Assembly (NCBI RefSeq): GCF_006345805.1
Contig: NC_043002.1
Span: 67,890,001 to 67,954,000, forward strand
Length of the DNA stretch: 64,000 nt
Direction: 5' to 3'
Source of the DNA: Octopus sinensis
Lineage: Eukaryota
The notes beneath the pieces are model-generated. The model had not been told where the DNA came from. It saw only the letters and a list, made by a program, of their open reading frames with translations, and searched no databases. Positions 11,663 to 24,313 of this stretch are shown piece by piece. The stretch's first letter is position 1; each line of letters opens with the position of its first letter. Both the position numbers and the translations under genes were made by a program.

Positions 11663-12659
11663 AAATAAGAAAATGGAGGAGAATAATAGGTGGTTCATCA
11701 ACTTATATATATAGATGCATAATTACATATACATACATGCATGCATACATATATACATAGACACACATGCACACACCACACCACACACAGACATAATATG
11801 CTCTTAAATCAATAAGCTCACAACGCATCATTAGTCTCCTTGAATTTTAATGATTATATTATATATTGCTTTGCTTTTAGTCAATTCTTTTTTTCACATG
11901 GTTATGAAAACTTCATAAGTTTACCACTTATGAAAATTCCCTTATTGTTGAGGTACAAAGAGAGAAGATAGGAGTAACTTTTTCTTTTTATAATACTTAA
12001 AATTCTTTTTTATAGTAATTTGAAATCATCCAGTCTCAACTAATTTTATTTTGTATGTTTGCGCCAGATTCAGAAATGAATCATACAGTTTGCTAATAAT
12101 TGTATTATTTCTCATACAACCCAGAACAAAATGGTAGAATGCATTATATAGACTGAAAACAGGTGAACATCAAAACTCTGAAGGATCATCTCAGACAAGA
12201 AAAGGGTACATTAAGTAGTGTAATCTTATATATCTTATTAAAACAAGTACACAATGGGCTTACCGGGCAGTTGTCAGGTGGCCTCATTGGTCAAGGACCC
12301 TAATTATATTCTATGTATGCTCTGACTTGCTTTCAATAAATAATACCATAAAGCTCAGTGCATTGATTTTTCCAAGCCAATAAAGCTGTTAAGACAGCCC
12401 CGCTGGAATGCATTTTCATTAAAGTTCTGTTCAATCAGAACTAATCAAGGACCAAACAGAAAAAAAAATAAAACAGTGCTGAGTATCATAAATCTGATAT
12501 TTTATTGTTAAGTAAAAGAACAATGACATTAATAAGACATTCACTTTCTTAACTAGATTTCAAAATCACTGTTCATCTATACACTGTAAATGAAGAACTT
12601 AATGGTAAGAAATATATTTAAGATTTGTTATAATTTCAATAAATCATTCTACATAAGAG

Positions 12660-13340
12660 AGATTCATATAAATCTCTACATACAGCTACGCTATGTCCAT
12701 TCTTACAGTTTGTATCTCCAATCTGGAATCTCCAGCTTGTCCAGAATATTGATCTATTGGAAGCTGTCCAAAGTCATGCAACCAAACAAATACCCTCCAT
12801 CAGTCACTTATAACATCTTGGACATCTTGCTTCTCCGAGCATTGACATACTAAGGCTTCTAAGTCTAGCAGCTGACTTGGTAAAAGCCAACAAGATTATT
12901 CACCATCTTTCCAGCTACAACTTTTGCCCACATTTTGAAATCAATATTTCGATAACCTGTGGGCATGTTTTTATAGTAAGAAACAGTGCAGAATCCATGA
13001 CTTTCATAAAGATTTTTTTGCTCTCGAAATTGTGAAATCATGGAATAAACTACTTGTCAAATATTAGCTGTCTGTACACTGCATTCTTCAAAAATTCCAT
13101 ACTTTCTGAAATTTACCAACACTACTCTTGATGTACCTATGCATGCTTTCCTCTTTATGGCTCTTTTACTGTCCACTTTTCTGTCTTTTTCTATTGTTAT
13201 ATTTCATATGTCTGAACATTAGGTTATTACTGCTGTTTTTCATTACTGCTTTCTGTACCTGCTTCCTTTTAACCTTTTCCAATTAGTTGCAGTGCACCTG
13301 AGTGTTCTACACACTGAGCTCATGTTACATTTCAGAGGAC
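12660..13340 (+). mobile_element. decayed CR1-type LINE 3' fragment
   Basis: diverged match to 50125-50849 (GGAAGCTGTCCAAAGTCATGCAACCAAA, CTAGCAGCTGACTTGG, GCACCTGAG) with stops. Confidence 0.75.
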
Positions 13341-14799
13341 AACATATATAACAATATGAGGTAAAATATGGAAGCTGAGGAAACTAACAATGGTCAATAG
13401 TATAGGAGGGTTGATGAAATAATTGACTAAGTCCAGTTGCTATAATGGAGACAACAACAACACTTTCTCTCTTTTCTTCACTCAAATTAATTTCTCATTT
13501 GAGTAATGACAATTCTTCATTCCTTATAGTAATTGAGCTTCAGTTCTTAGAAGGAAAGTGCAGTGCCCATGATCCTTTACAGAGCTCCTCCCAAGACTGG
13601 TGGGGAAAAGGGAGGGAAAAACATAAAAAAATCCTTAGACGGAGACCTAGTTCAAATGCTAGCAACAGAATGAACACTACTAGTGGCAACTAAGGACTAT
13701 GTGGTGGTGTTAAATGAGGCTAAGGGTTAAGTTTACCAGATGCATGATCTAGTGGCTGCACTGTGTTCTTAAGAAAAACACTTAATCTTACAATGCTTCA
13801 CTCATCTGTAAGTGAGTAAACCTTGCAACGGCTTGGTGTAGAAGGTTGAGATGGTGACTTAGGAAAATCACCCAAACAGAGGCCTCATGAGCCATGTTTT
13901 GTATTCAGAAACAAAAGGATGAATAGTACAACCTGTTCTGTGAATCTCAACTGGTTAGGATTGTTTGTTCGACTTTATCAAAAGTCAAGGTCAAGTTTAC
14001 CAGTTCTCCATGCAAGTTAGCCAAGGCAGGATTTGAACTCAAAATGCAAAGACCCAGAGTAAATACATGACCTTCTGTCCAACTCTAACATTTCTACCAG
14101 TTTCTCAACTCAAGACTGATATTTTATTTATCAACCCCAGAACGATAAATGGCAACGTTGACATTACCAGAATCTGAACTCTGAAGACAAGGTGGTGCTG
14201 GAATAAATACCACAAGGCATTTTATCCAACACTCTTATAACTCAATTGTCCTGCCACCACCAACTTATCTATGAATTCAGAGATGACTAGCATGGTGCAA
14301 TGGTCAGATAGTACAGATAGATAATTATAATGAAGAGTCGTCAATCAACTAAATAAACTTGACCACTCTGTCATTCTAATTGAAGACACAGATGAATGGT
14401 TCCCCACACCTGACCATATCGGCTATAAATAGGCTTATATCTTTCTCTAACTTTGTCTCTCTCTCTCTCTCTCTGTAGTCTTCTAGTAAATGACTCGACA
14501 ATTGTTACTATCAACACTTGAATCTGTTGACTATGTATCAAGTTACCTGGTTACCTTTTGTTGTCATATATTTCAGTTTAAACAGACGTACTTTAAACAA
14601 CAAAACAGGGTATAACTACAGTTTAGTGCCTCACCACAACTCATCCTCTATTTGTTTTCTCATAACTTTACTAAAAATGCATATTTGTTAATGAAATTTT
14701 GCAGAGATATGTTTTCAAAGGTGTATATGATCATGTTTTTTTCTATTTTTTACAGAATTTTTACTCAGAAATTTGCCAACATTACTTCTTACATACTTA

Positions 14800-15112
14800 C
14801 TCTCTTTTACTTGCTTCAGTCATTTGACTGCAGCCATGATGGAGCACCGCCTTTAGTCGAGCAAATCGACCCCAGGACTTATTTTTTGTAAGCCTAGTAC
14901 TTATTCTATTGGTCTCTTTTGCCGAACTGCTAAGTTACAGGGACATAAACACACCACACACACACATGCTCATGCACACACAACAGGCATCCACACAGTC
15001 TCCATCCACCAAATTCACTCACAGGGCATTGGTTGAACAAGGGCTATACAAAGCACCATGCTGTGGGATTGAACTTGAAATTAGGTGGTTGCAAAGCGAA
15101 CTTCAATGACAT
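14800..15112 (-). mobile_element. SINE family A, internally deleted
   Basis: TTTCAGTCATTTGACTGCAGCCATGATGGAGCACCGCC tail block plus partial head. Confidence 0.85.
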
Positions 15113-15529
15113 CCAGATAATTACTGACATGATTCTACATCCAAATAGACAGATGAAGGGGGAAAAAAGAGAAGGAGAGAGATTAAATAAAAATAAATAA
15201 TAAATGAAGCTGATGTCAGCAAACATCTCAGATATTATTGCACTGGCTGGTCTCCAACAGGTGCAAAGGATATAAGTTGTTACAGGCCAAGACATTCTTC
15301 TGATGCTTGTTGACAAGAAGGTAAAATCTGAACAAATTATTTGGAACAGTTTTGAAATATAAACAATCATACTCTCAAATAAAAGCAGGAAAGAAAGATA
15401 AATGTAATAATTTGTTTTTCCAAAGTTACATCAACAGCAATTCCAATCTTCAGCTCGTAGAATGGTCATCATCATTCTCCTCCTTATCATCATCACCACC
15501 ATCATGATGCTGATAATAATCAACATCAT

Positions 15530-15774
15530 CATTTTAATGTCTGCTTTTCCGTACAGAAGGAATTTGTTGAAGTAGATCTTTGGCTGGATGCCCTTCCAGT
15601 CACCAACCTTAACCTGTTTCTAAGCAAACTAATGTTTCCTCATGACCAGACATGTTTGTGCAAAATACTGGAAATAAGTGACACTGCTTGTGACAGTGGC
15701 ACTCATTTACATCTAGCACATGATGTCAAAACAAGGACACACACACAGACACACACACACACTCACATACATAC

Positions 15775-15805
<31 letters not shown>

Positions 15806-16215
15806 GCATATAGGTGCAGACATGACTAAGAAGTTTATTTCCCCACCACATGGTTTGGGATTCAATCCCACTGCATAGCACTTTGGGCAAGTGTCTTCTA
15901 CTATAGCTCCAGATACATCAAAAACTTTGTGAGTGGATCTGACAGAGGGAAACTGAAAGAAGACATCATAGATGTGTGTGTGTGTATGTGTCCTTGTCCT
16001 GGCATCACATGATAGTTGTGAGTGACACTGTAATTTAAGTCGTTTCATTCATTTCTAATATTCTGAAAAACCATGTCTGGCCATGGGAAAGAATTACCGT
16101 GCTTAGAAACAGGTGAAGGGTGCTGACAGGAAGGGCATCCAGCCTAAGAAAATCTGCCTCAATAAACTTCATCTCACCCATGCAAGCATGGGAAAGCGAA
16201 TGTTAGAATGTCAGT
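15530..16215. mobile_element. two SINE family B segments in opposite orientation (15530-15760 minus; 15815-16215 plus)
   Basis: RTE-type tail GGATGCCCTTCC on minus and GGAAGGGCATCCAGCC...CATGCAAGCATGG on plus; shared GGAAACTGAAAGAAG core. Confidence 0.75.
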
Positions 16216-16429
16216 GATGATGATATACGTATATGATAGGCTTCTTTCAGTTTCTGTCTATTAAATACAGTTACATGACTTAGGTCAGCCTATGGCTATA
16301 GAAGATCACGTTTTACCAAGGAACTGAACCTGATGTCATGTGATTGAGAAGTGGGGATCTTAAACTCATAGCCATGCTTAAAGAAATTCATATCAACCAA
16401 TAATAAACTTAATACAGTTCTATATTTAA

Positions 16430-16710
16430 GAGATGATGAATTATGTACATTATTTACATTATTTACATTTGACGGATATTTGTCCTCGTCTTGTTTGTTG
16501 TTAACACAACATTTATATACCCTCCAGCCTTCATCAGGTGTCCTGGGGAAATTTCGAATCTGGGTTCTCATTCCTAAGGTATTTTTCAGCGTCGTCATCG
16601 TCGTCGTCGTTGTTGTTGTTGTTGAGGAGGGTTTTTCTTCTTCTTTCAAATTTGCTTCCATTTCTTGCCGAGTGTCTTCCCGACTCCTAGGGCAAACAAA
16701 CTCATAGTAT
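16430..16710 (-). mobile_element. PLE-type terminal repeat fragment with decayed hammerhead (16503-16541)
   Basis: minus strand GACAC-CTGATGA-A-GGCTG...AAATGTT-GTGTT; the 3' strand of stem II is missing. Confidence 0.5.
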
Positions 16711-17446
16711 ACATTGGTAGGCCATTAAACTAAACTCACTAGTTCGTTCATTTTTATTATTATTATTATTATTTAAGTTCTGAGTTCAAATTCTGCCAAG
16801 GTCAACTTTGCCTTTCATCTTTTTGGGGGTTGATTAATTAAGTACCAATTGCATACTGGGGTCGGTCTAATTGACTGGCCCCCTCCACAAAAATTTTGGG
16901 CCTTGTGTCTAGAGTAGAAAAGAAAATTCACTTTTCTATCTGTTTTTTGTTTTATTCTGTGAACTGTGAATGTATTTCTAGCCTTCATTGCTGTTGTTCT
17001 TTACTTGACTTATCTCTGTGCTTTCTGACTCCCCTTTTAACTTTTACTCACAAGCAGTAGCACACCTGAGCACTGTATACAATAAGCTCTTGATGGTCAA
17101 GTGAAATGATCGTCATTCAATGAAAATGACAGACAGTCCATGAATAAGAAGGACTGACATCTCCTTCCCACCCTGCCTTACATATAACAACACTGACTTG
17201 AGGAATGATAGAGATGCAAAACTGATCTGAACCAAGTAAATCACTAAAGTTCACTACAGGCAAGATGCCAACTCAATCCCAACACTCACAGAAAATAAAT
17301 GTCACTGTTAATATTGATCAGATTAATTAAAAAACAAAATGTCAATGTTTGGACTGTTTGGTTATTTATTTTTGTTCACAAAATAATTTATTAGCAAAAA
17401 ATAAAAAAATTTGCATGTAAAATGTCTTGTTAAATGATCATCAGAA

Positions 17447-17850
17447 TAGGTGCAGGAGTGGCTGTGTGGTAAGTAGCTTGCTTATGAACCACATGGCTCC
17501 AGGTTCAGTCCCACTGCATGGCACCTTGGGTAAGTGTCTTCTACTATAGCCTCAGGCTGACCAAAGCCTTGGGAGTGGATTTGGTAGGCGGAAACTGAAA
17601 GAAGCCTGTCGTATATATGTATATGTATATATGTATGTGTGTGTCTATTTTTGTGTGTCTGTGTTTGTCCCCCAGCCAACATCGCTTGACAACCGATGCT
17701 AGTGTGTTTACGTACTTGTAACTCGGCAAAAGGAGACCGATAGAATAAGTACTAGACTTACAAAGAATAAGTCCTAGGGTTGATTTGCTCGACTAAAGGC
17801 AGTGCTCCAGCATGGCTGCAGTCAAATGATTGAAACAAGTAAAAGAGTAT
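17447..17850 (+). mobile_element. SINE family A, near full length
   Basis: TGGCTGTGTGG A-box-like, GGTTCAGTCCC B-box-like, CACCTTGGGTAAGTG core, tail GTGCTCCAGCATGGCTGCAGTCAAATGATTGAAAC. Confidence 0.92.
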
Positions 17851-18313
17851 AAGAATTGTTGTTATACATTTTGTGTAAAATGTTAGGATTCCAAAATCTC
17901 TGTACATAAAATTTGAGACAACATAATGTCAAACCAGTAATACAGACCATACTCTATGACATAGGGTAACTAGGACTGTATTATGCAATGTGTCCTTTGC
18001 TTTTTAAAGCCAGTAAGGTGTGATGTGAAGGAGAGCTAGCTGCTATTTCTAGCTTTTTTTGTGACTACACAGCAACACTTCCATTGCTTGTAGTTCAGTT
18101 TTGTCTTTTAGTTGACAAATTCAGGGACCAATAAGCAGAAGGCCATCAGGCTAGTTGTGGAGGCAGCAGAAGTTGTATCAGAGTGGCTGTGGATCAGGAG
18201 ATTCCAGTACTGGAAATGGTAGTGTTACCAAGAGTAGTGCAAACTGGACACAATCCAGGGAGTTGATAAACACCAGCTGAGTCACCTGGGTGAGGATGTC
18301 TGATGCTGAAAGG

Positions 18314-18968
18314 CAATGGCGGATCATAGATAAAATTTAGGGGGTGCTGCTTCAGAAAATTTTTAGCAGTTGTTTTTAATATTGTGTAAAAGAAAACAAA
18401 CATATAAAAAGAAAATTACATAAACTTGATCAGTTCACACTTTAGCCACTACCAGGTAGTATGTTTAATTTGTTCACTGAACACCGCCACAGATTCCCCC
18501 TTGTTTTTCAAAAATCCCCCCTAAATAACAAAATAAGGAGGGTTAAAATCTGCCCTATTTTGTAAATCCTGGCAGCAACACTGAAGCTGGAAGCAGGATA
18601 ATAATCTAATTATACACTTTATCACATTCAAGAAAATAAACACATTTTTAAGCACATGATACTTTCACCGGCACTGTGTGAACGACAGTGCTGTCCCTCC
18701 CTAGCATGAAGCAACCTATCTTGGACATGTGAACATGCATACAACAGCCAAACACTGCATCACTGGAACTGTGAAGTGCACAATTCTATATAAGGATTTT
18801 TGTATTTTCTTCATAAACTAGGGGATGGCTACTTAAGGATTATATAATGTACAAGTATAAAGAAAGAATTAAAGAAAAAAGGACTCATTCTATTGAATGT
18901 TATTGATAATATCAAGTGGAAATAGGGGGTGCTGCAGTTCTGCAGTGCCTATACACAAGCTACCACTG
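18314..18968. mobile_element. hAT-type MITE
   Basis: ends CAATGGCGG...CTACCACTG; perfect 8 bp target duplication CTGAAAGG (18306-18313, 18969-18976). Confidence 0.85.
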
Positions 18969-19022
18969 CTGAAAGGCCTGAAACACTCAATGATATCAGG
19001 AAGCATCACTGATGATGTGTCC

Positions 19023-19435
19023 TAGGGCCAGATTAAGACCCATAAAGGCTCTAAGCACTTAAAAGATTTTGGTGACCCCATATATATGTCATTCAAAATA
19101 TAAACTATAATGAACCATGTTTTTTTTTTCAAAATGAAACAAAACTAACAGTATGATGAAGAATAATATTTATTTTTGTATACTTGTATTTTATTTATAT
19201 TTTAAAAGTTTCCTCCTACTTTTTTAAATGCAAAGTCTTTGATCAGATCGTTGCTATGACACCATAAATACTTCAAACTTATATTTCCAGTCATTTAAAC
19301 CACTTTGAATCTTACTTTAGCTAGTTTAAAATGATTTCTTTTGTGCCGTTAACCATTTACCATTTCTGTGGTGTCCCTCTGCTATTTGATGCCCTAAGCA
19401 CATGCTTATTTTGCTTAATGGTTAATCCAGTGCTG
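19023..19435. mobile_element. decayed hAT-type MITE
   Basis: ends TAGGGCCAGATTAAGACC...GGTTAATCCAGTGCTG are imperfect inverted repeats; no TSD seen. Confidence 0.55.
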
Positions 19436-20269
19436 GGTACATCACAGGATGACATACAGAAGAACTGAGACATGTACGATGAATATACACTCCAATTTTT
19501 TTCCTTCCCAAACAAATTCACTTTATTTATTTATTTATTTTTGTTGTGGAAGAAATTTGACGAAGAAATTTGACAAACTTTTGCATTCTCCCTATAAATG
19601 AAAGGAAAATTAATGTCACTATGCTGCTATGTTGTTCTGTTGTTAAGGTTTTTGACTTAGATCATGGGTTTCAAATATAGACACAAAAACACTACAACGT
19701 GTCTTCTCCATTTTCGCTTCAGTACTTCATTAAAGCTATTTAACTGATTAACACTTATTATTTAAAGCAAGTGAACTTTCGATTGAAACCTTGATATATT
19801 TTCCCTCGTTATTTATGTAGTGCAATGTAATTCTAAACTGATTCTATGGTAAACAAATGACCACACACACATACACGATCTTTCTCTTTCTCTGTCTCTC
19901 TTTCACCACATACACACAGTAATTTTCTGACCAGACAGTATAAATATTTACATAGATAAAACCAAATATAGAAAATAAACAGATGTTAGTGTTATTACTA
20001 TGTTAACGAAATTTAATGTTGTGAGTATCATAAATCTAATTAAAAATATTTATGCTGCAAGGAAAAGGCACAAAACTTTACTATTGTCTCTTTTTTTATA
20101 TACTGATGAGTTTTTTTTTTTTTATATAAGTGGTTTCTTTTGGAAGACCACTGACCCCAATGCTTGTTTTGTCTGTCTTCGTAGCGCCCCCTTCTTTTCT
20201 CAACTTCATGGTTAATAAAGAAATTATCATTATTTTATATATTTATTTATATTTTTCTATATATATTTC

Positions 20270-20492
20270 TTATTTCTTTGCTGCCCACAGGGGGCTAAAC
20301 ACAGAGAGGACAAACAAGGACAGACAAATGGATTAAGTCGATTATATCGACTCCAGTGTGTAACTGGTACTTATTTAATCGACCCTGAAAGATTGAAAGG
20401 CAAAGTCGACCGCGGCGGAATTTGAACTCAGACCGTAAAGACATACGAAATATTGGTAAGCATTTCGCCCTGCGTGCTAACGTTTCTGCCAT
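20270..20492 (-). mobile_element. SINE family C
   Basis: GGCAGAAACGTTAGCACGCAGGGCGAAATGCTTA...TCTGAGTTCAAATTCCGCCGCGGTCGACTTTGCCTTTC on minus strand. Confidence 0.9.
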
Positions 20493-20870
20493 GTTTTTCT
20501 ATACTGGCATGGGTTAGTTCAGCATGAACAGATGAGCCAAAGGGATACATCGAGCTCCAGTCTGCCTTTGTGTGTGCATGTATACATACATAGAGATATT
20601 AATCATATTTATGTACTCTCGGATATGGAAAGACAATATGCTGCACAAATTATTTCTAGAAGATTTATGCAGTGTATTGTCTTTCCATGTCCTTTGCATG
20701 TTCAAGTGTACAAGAACATGTTAAATACCACTGTACATAACTACAGACACACACACACACACACATACATGTTTACGCACACATGCATACACACACATAT
20801 TTGCACAGATCCAATCCATGCAGGGATTAGCTAATAAATATACTTATTAATTGATGTATCTCCATTTTCT

Positions 20871-20921
<51 letters not shown>

Positions 20922-20991
20922 TACACACACATATTTCGATTTTGGATTTGGTTTGCAAGATTCTTTATGTGAGTTTGTGTTGAAGCGTATT

Positions 20992-21191
20992 CTGTTGTGT
21001 CTAGGGAGAGTCATTTTCTTTTTGTGCCGTATAATTTAACACACTCATCGGTAAAATTTCCACTTATTTCTTATTTTTTTATTTTCATTTTTATTTCTAT
21101 TTTAAAAAATAAGAAATAAGTGGAAATTTTACCAGTGAGTGTGTTAAATTATAAGGCACAAAAAGAAAATGACCTTCTCCAGACACAACAG
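20992..21191. mobile_element. foldback with 88 bp inverted arms; same family as 4300-4390
   Basis: 20992-21079 is the reverse complement of 21104-21191 with few mismatches; AAGTGGAAATTTTACCRGTGAGTGTGTTA also occurs at 4358-4387. Confidence 0.85.
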
Positions 21192-21203
21192 TATATATAT
21201 ATA

Positions 21204-21875
21204 TCATCATCATCGTTTAACGTCCGCTTTCCATGCTAGCATGGGTTGGACGATTTTGACAGAGGGCTGACGAACCAGATGGCTGCACCAGGCTCCAATC
21301 TTGATCTGGCAGAGTTTCTACTGCTGGATGTCATTCCTAACGCCAACTACTCTGAGAGTGTAATGGGTGCTTTTTACATGCCACCGGCACGGGGCCAGTC
21401 AGGCGGTACTGGCAATGACCTCACTCGAATCTTTTTACACATGCCACCGGCACAGGTGCCAGTAAGGCAACATTGGTAACGATCACGCTCGAATGGTGCC
21501 CTTTTACGTGCCACGGCACGGGGGCCAGTCAGGCGGTACTGGCAATGACCTCGCTCGAATCTTTTTACACATACCACCGGCACAAGTGCCAGTAAGGCAA
21601 CGTTGGTAACAATCATGCTCAAATGGTGCCCTTTTACGTGCCACCGGCATGGAAGCCAGTTGGCTGCTTTGGCAACGATCACACTCTGATGGTGCTCTTG
21701 GCACCCTACTAGCATGAGCACAAGTGCCAGTAAGGCAACACTGGTAACTATCACACTCAAATGGTGCCCTTTTATGTGCCACTGGCATGGAAGCCGGTTA
21801 GCCACTCTGTCAAACGATCACACTCATATGGTGCTCTTTGCACCCTGCTAGCACAGATGCCAGTCATCGAATTTG
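21204..21875 (-). mobile_element. RTE 3' end with expanded subrepeat array
   Basis: (CAT)n tail, RTE 3' UTR, repeated GGTGC(C)TTTT(T)ACRTGCCAC units at ~62-66 bp spacing. Confidence 0.9.
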
Positions 21876-21894
21876 ATATATATATGTGTGTGTG

Positions 21895-21942
<48 letters not shown>

Positions 21943-22402
21943 GGGCTAAATGGATGTTTCTTGATGTTGTAGATGGAGACGCTGCTGCTAGCGACAGTCC
22001 TGATCATAACATCATCATTGTCGTCATTGTCATGTCATTATCAATAATATCCTCAATGAGGAAACATTTTGACAACCTTTTTTTCCCATTCTAGATGGAT
22101 TGCAATCTCCTGAAATTGCTCAGTTTTTGCTTCTTTTTTTTTAGAGGAGGATGTTTTTTTTGTTGTTAACCTTGCATCTAATATAAATTTCATTACTGTT
22201 TTTGATCTGCAGTCATGCCTGATTGAGCAGACCTATGATCAGGAGCATTCCATTGGTCCAATTTTGTGTCTAGATTGTTGTTGTTTAGCCCTGGGATAGC
22301 CCGGATCAAGCAAGCCAATTATCAAAGATCATCCCATCTTTTTGTTATATCAGGATAGGATTTGAGGGAGATTTGGCTGATATTTCTAGTGACAGTATAG
22401 AA

Positions 22403-22718
22403 CAGTGTTTCTTAGCTGGTGTCCATATGCCCCTGGGGTTCACATAAAACTTTTGGGGGTTCGTGCAAGCAAATTAGTAAATCAGAGATTTACAATAGTA
22501 TTTTAAGGGTCCATGACAAAAATTTTGCTTTAAATGTATTTATTACAAGAAACAGCTAGGCTTCTTTCTGTGACATTTTACATAGTTCAACCTACATAAG
22601 TGAATGTGTGAAAAACAAAATAGGAATTTTGAAAGAAGCACCTCTAAAACTAGTTTTTAAACACTGAATGATTATGGGGGTCCTACTAGAACAAACAAAA
22701 AATGGCCGAGAACCAATG
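22403..22718. mobile_element. decayed hAT/Charlie-like MITE
   Basis: ends CAGTGTTTCTTAGCTGG...GGCCGAGAACCAATG are weakly inverted; TSD not convincing. Confidence 0.45.
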
Positions 22719-22974
22719 GCATAACTGATCTCTTGTTGGTTTGTGTAAAGATGTATAATTGAAAGTAACAGGCATCTATGTCAACAAAGCTTTTGAGATA
22801 GATGTTTAGGATGTTCTCCATCTGTATTGCCCACCAGTAAAGGGCTCTCTAGCACCCTCAACTCTGAATTAAAAAATTTTTTTTTTCAAGCTGGTTCAAT
22901 TTGGTATTTACTCCTTTAGCACTTCCCCATCTTTCATTTTATGCAAATTTTCATTTCCAGTTCATCATCATCAT

Positions 22975-23395
22975 TTAATGTTCATTTGTTCCATACTTGC
23001 ATAGGTCAGACGGTATTTGTTGAGGCAGATTTTCTACAGCCGGATGCCCTTCCTGTCACCAACCCTCACCTCTTTCCAAGCAAGGTAATATTTCCCCACA
23101 GCCAGACATGTTTTTCATGGAAGACTGGAAACAAAAATAATCATGCTTATATGGTGATGATGATGCTTATTTAAAATCATCACATGATATTTAGACAAGG
23201 GGATACACAAATAAACCCAGACATACATATATCATATGCGATGGGCTTCTTTCAATTTCTGTATACCAATTCCAGTCACAAGGCTTTGGCCAGCCCAGTA
23301 TAGAAGGCACATACCCAAGTCACTGTGCAGTGGGACTGAACCCATAACCTCATGGTTGAGAAGCTTTTTAGTCACACACCAACACCGGCACCTAT
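22975..23395 (-). mobile_element. SINE family B
   Basis: (CAT)n, GGATGCCCTTCCTGTCACCAACC tail, GGGCTTCTTTCA core, CAGTGGGACTGAACCC head. Confidence 0.82.
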
Positions 23396-23639
23396 GAGAT
23401 ATTAATGTATGTGTATGTGTATGTATATATATATATATGCATGTATATGTATATATACATATATATATGTATATAATATATATATGTATGTGTATGTATG
23501 TATGTGTATATATATATATACAAGGTGATGAAACATGATCTATGAATGTTGGACCTCATGGCAGTGATGACAAGTGACTTGGAAATATACTGTGCTTGAG
23601 AAGACTCATCAAACCAAGAGAAACCATGAAATCGTAGTT

Positions 23640-23864
23640 GTTGCTGTTACTCGTGTCATGTAAATAGCACCTGTGCCAGTGGCACATAAAAAGAACCCAT
23701 TACACTCTCAGAGTGGTTGCTGCTAGGAAGGGCATCCAGCCATAGAAACCATGCCAAATCAGAGTGGAACTTGGTGCAGTTCTCTGACTTACCAGTTCCA
23801 ATCAAACTGTCTAAGCCATGCCAGCTTGGAAAGCAGACATTAGATGATGATGATGATGTGTATC

Positions 23865-23913
<49 letters not shown>

Positions 23914-24270
23914 TCATCATAGTTTAATGTCCATTTTCCATTCTGGCATGGGTTGGATGGTTTGACTGGGGACTGGCAAGCCAGGAGGTCGCACCAGGCT
24001 CCAATATGATCCAGCAATGTTTCTACAGCTTGATGTCCCTTCCCAACGCCAACCACTCTGAGAGCATAGTGGGTGCTTTTTACATACCACAGGTATGGGA
24101 GCCAGTCAGGCGGCACTGGCATCAGCCATGTTTGCATGGTGCTTTTCATGTGCTACCAGTACAAGAGTCAATCGGGGCAAGGTGGTAGCATCAACCATGT
24201 TTGGTGTTTTTTACATGCCACCAGCACAGGGAACCAGCCAGGCAGCACAGGCAATGACACACGCATGGCT
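23640..24270. mobile_element. two RTE 3' ends tail-to-tail (23640-23858 plus; 23910-24270 minus) around (TA)n
   Basis: GGAAGGGCATCCAGCC...GATGATGATG on plus and the mirror block on minus. Confidence 0.85.
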
Positions 24271-24313
24271 GGTACTTATTATATATATATGTTTATATAT
24301 ATATATGTTATAT

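Noticed and set aside
11109-11668. Many YI/CV/HT-rich ORFs (also 27.9-28.8, 35.0-35.4, 39.7-40.1, 41.5 and 48.0 kb)
   Set aside because: Translations of dinucleotide microsatellites, which lack stop codons in several frames.
12264-12287. Minus-strand ATG...CCG|gtaagc (MRPPDNCP) as a first exon
   Set aside because: No phase-compatible next exon found (10948-10997 has a stop in phase 0); no promoter evidence.
17447-17530. tRNA-like A/B boxes (also in other SINE heads)
   Set aside because: No full cloverleaf; they continue into SINE core and tail, so these are not tRNA genes.
21367-21860. Repeat-spacer pattern resembling a CRISPR array
   Set aside because: Spacers are related to each other, the units lie inside a dispersed RTE 3' UTR, the DNA is eukaryotic and there are no cas genes.
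24095-24313. N-terminus of the 592 aa ORF
   Set aside because: Read-through from an antisense RTE tail and (TA)n; LINE homology starts only near 24314.
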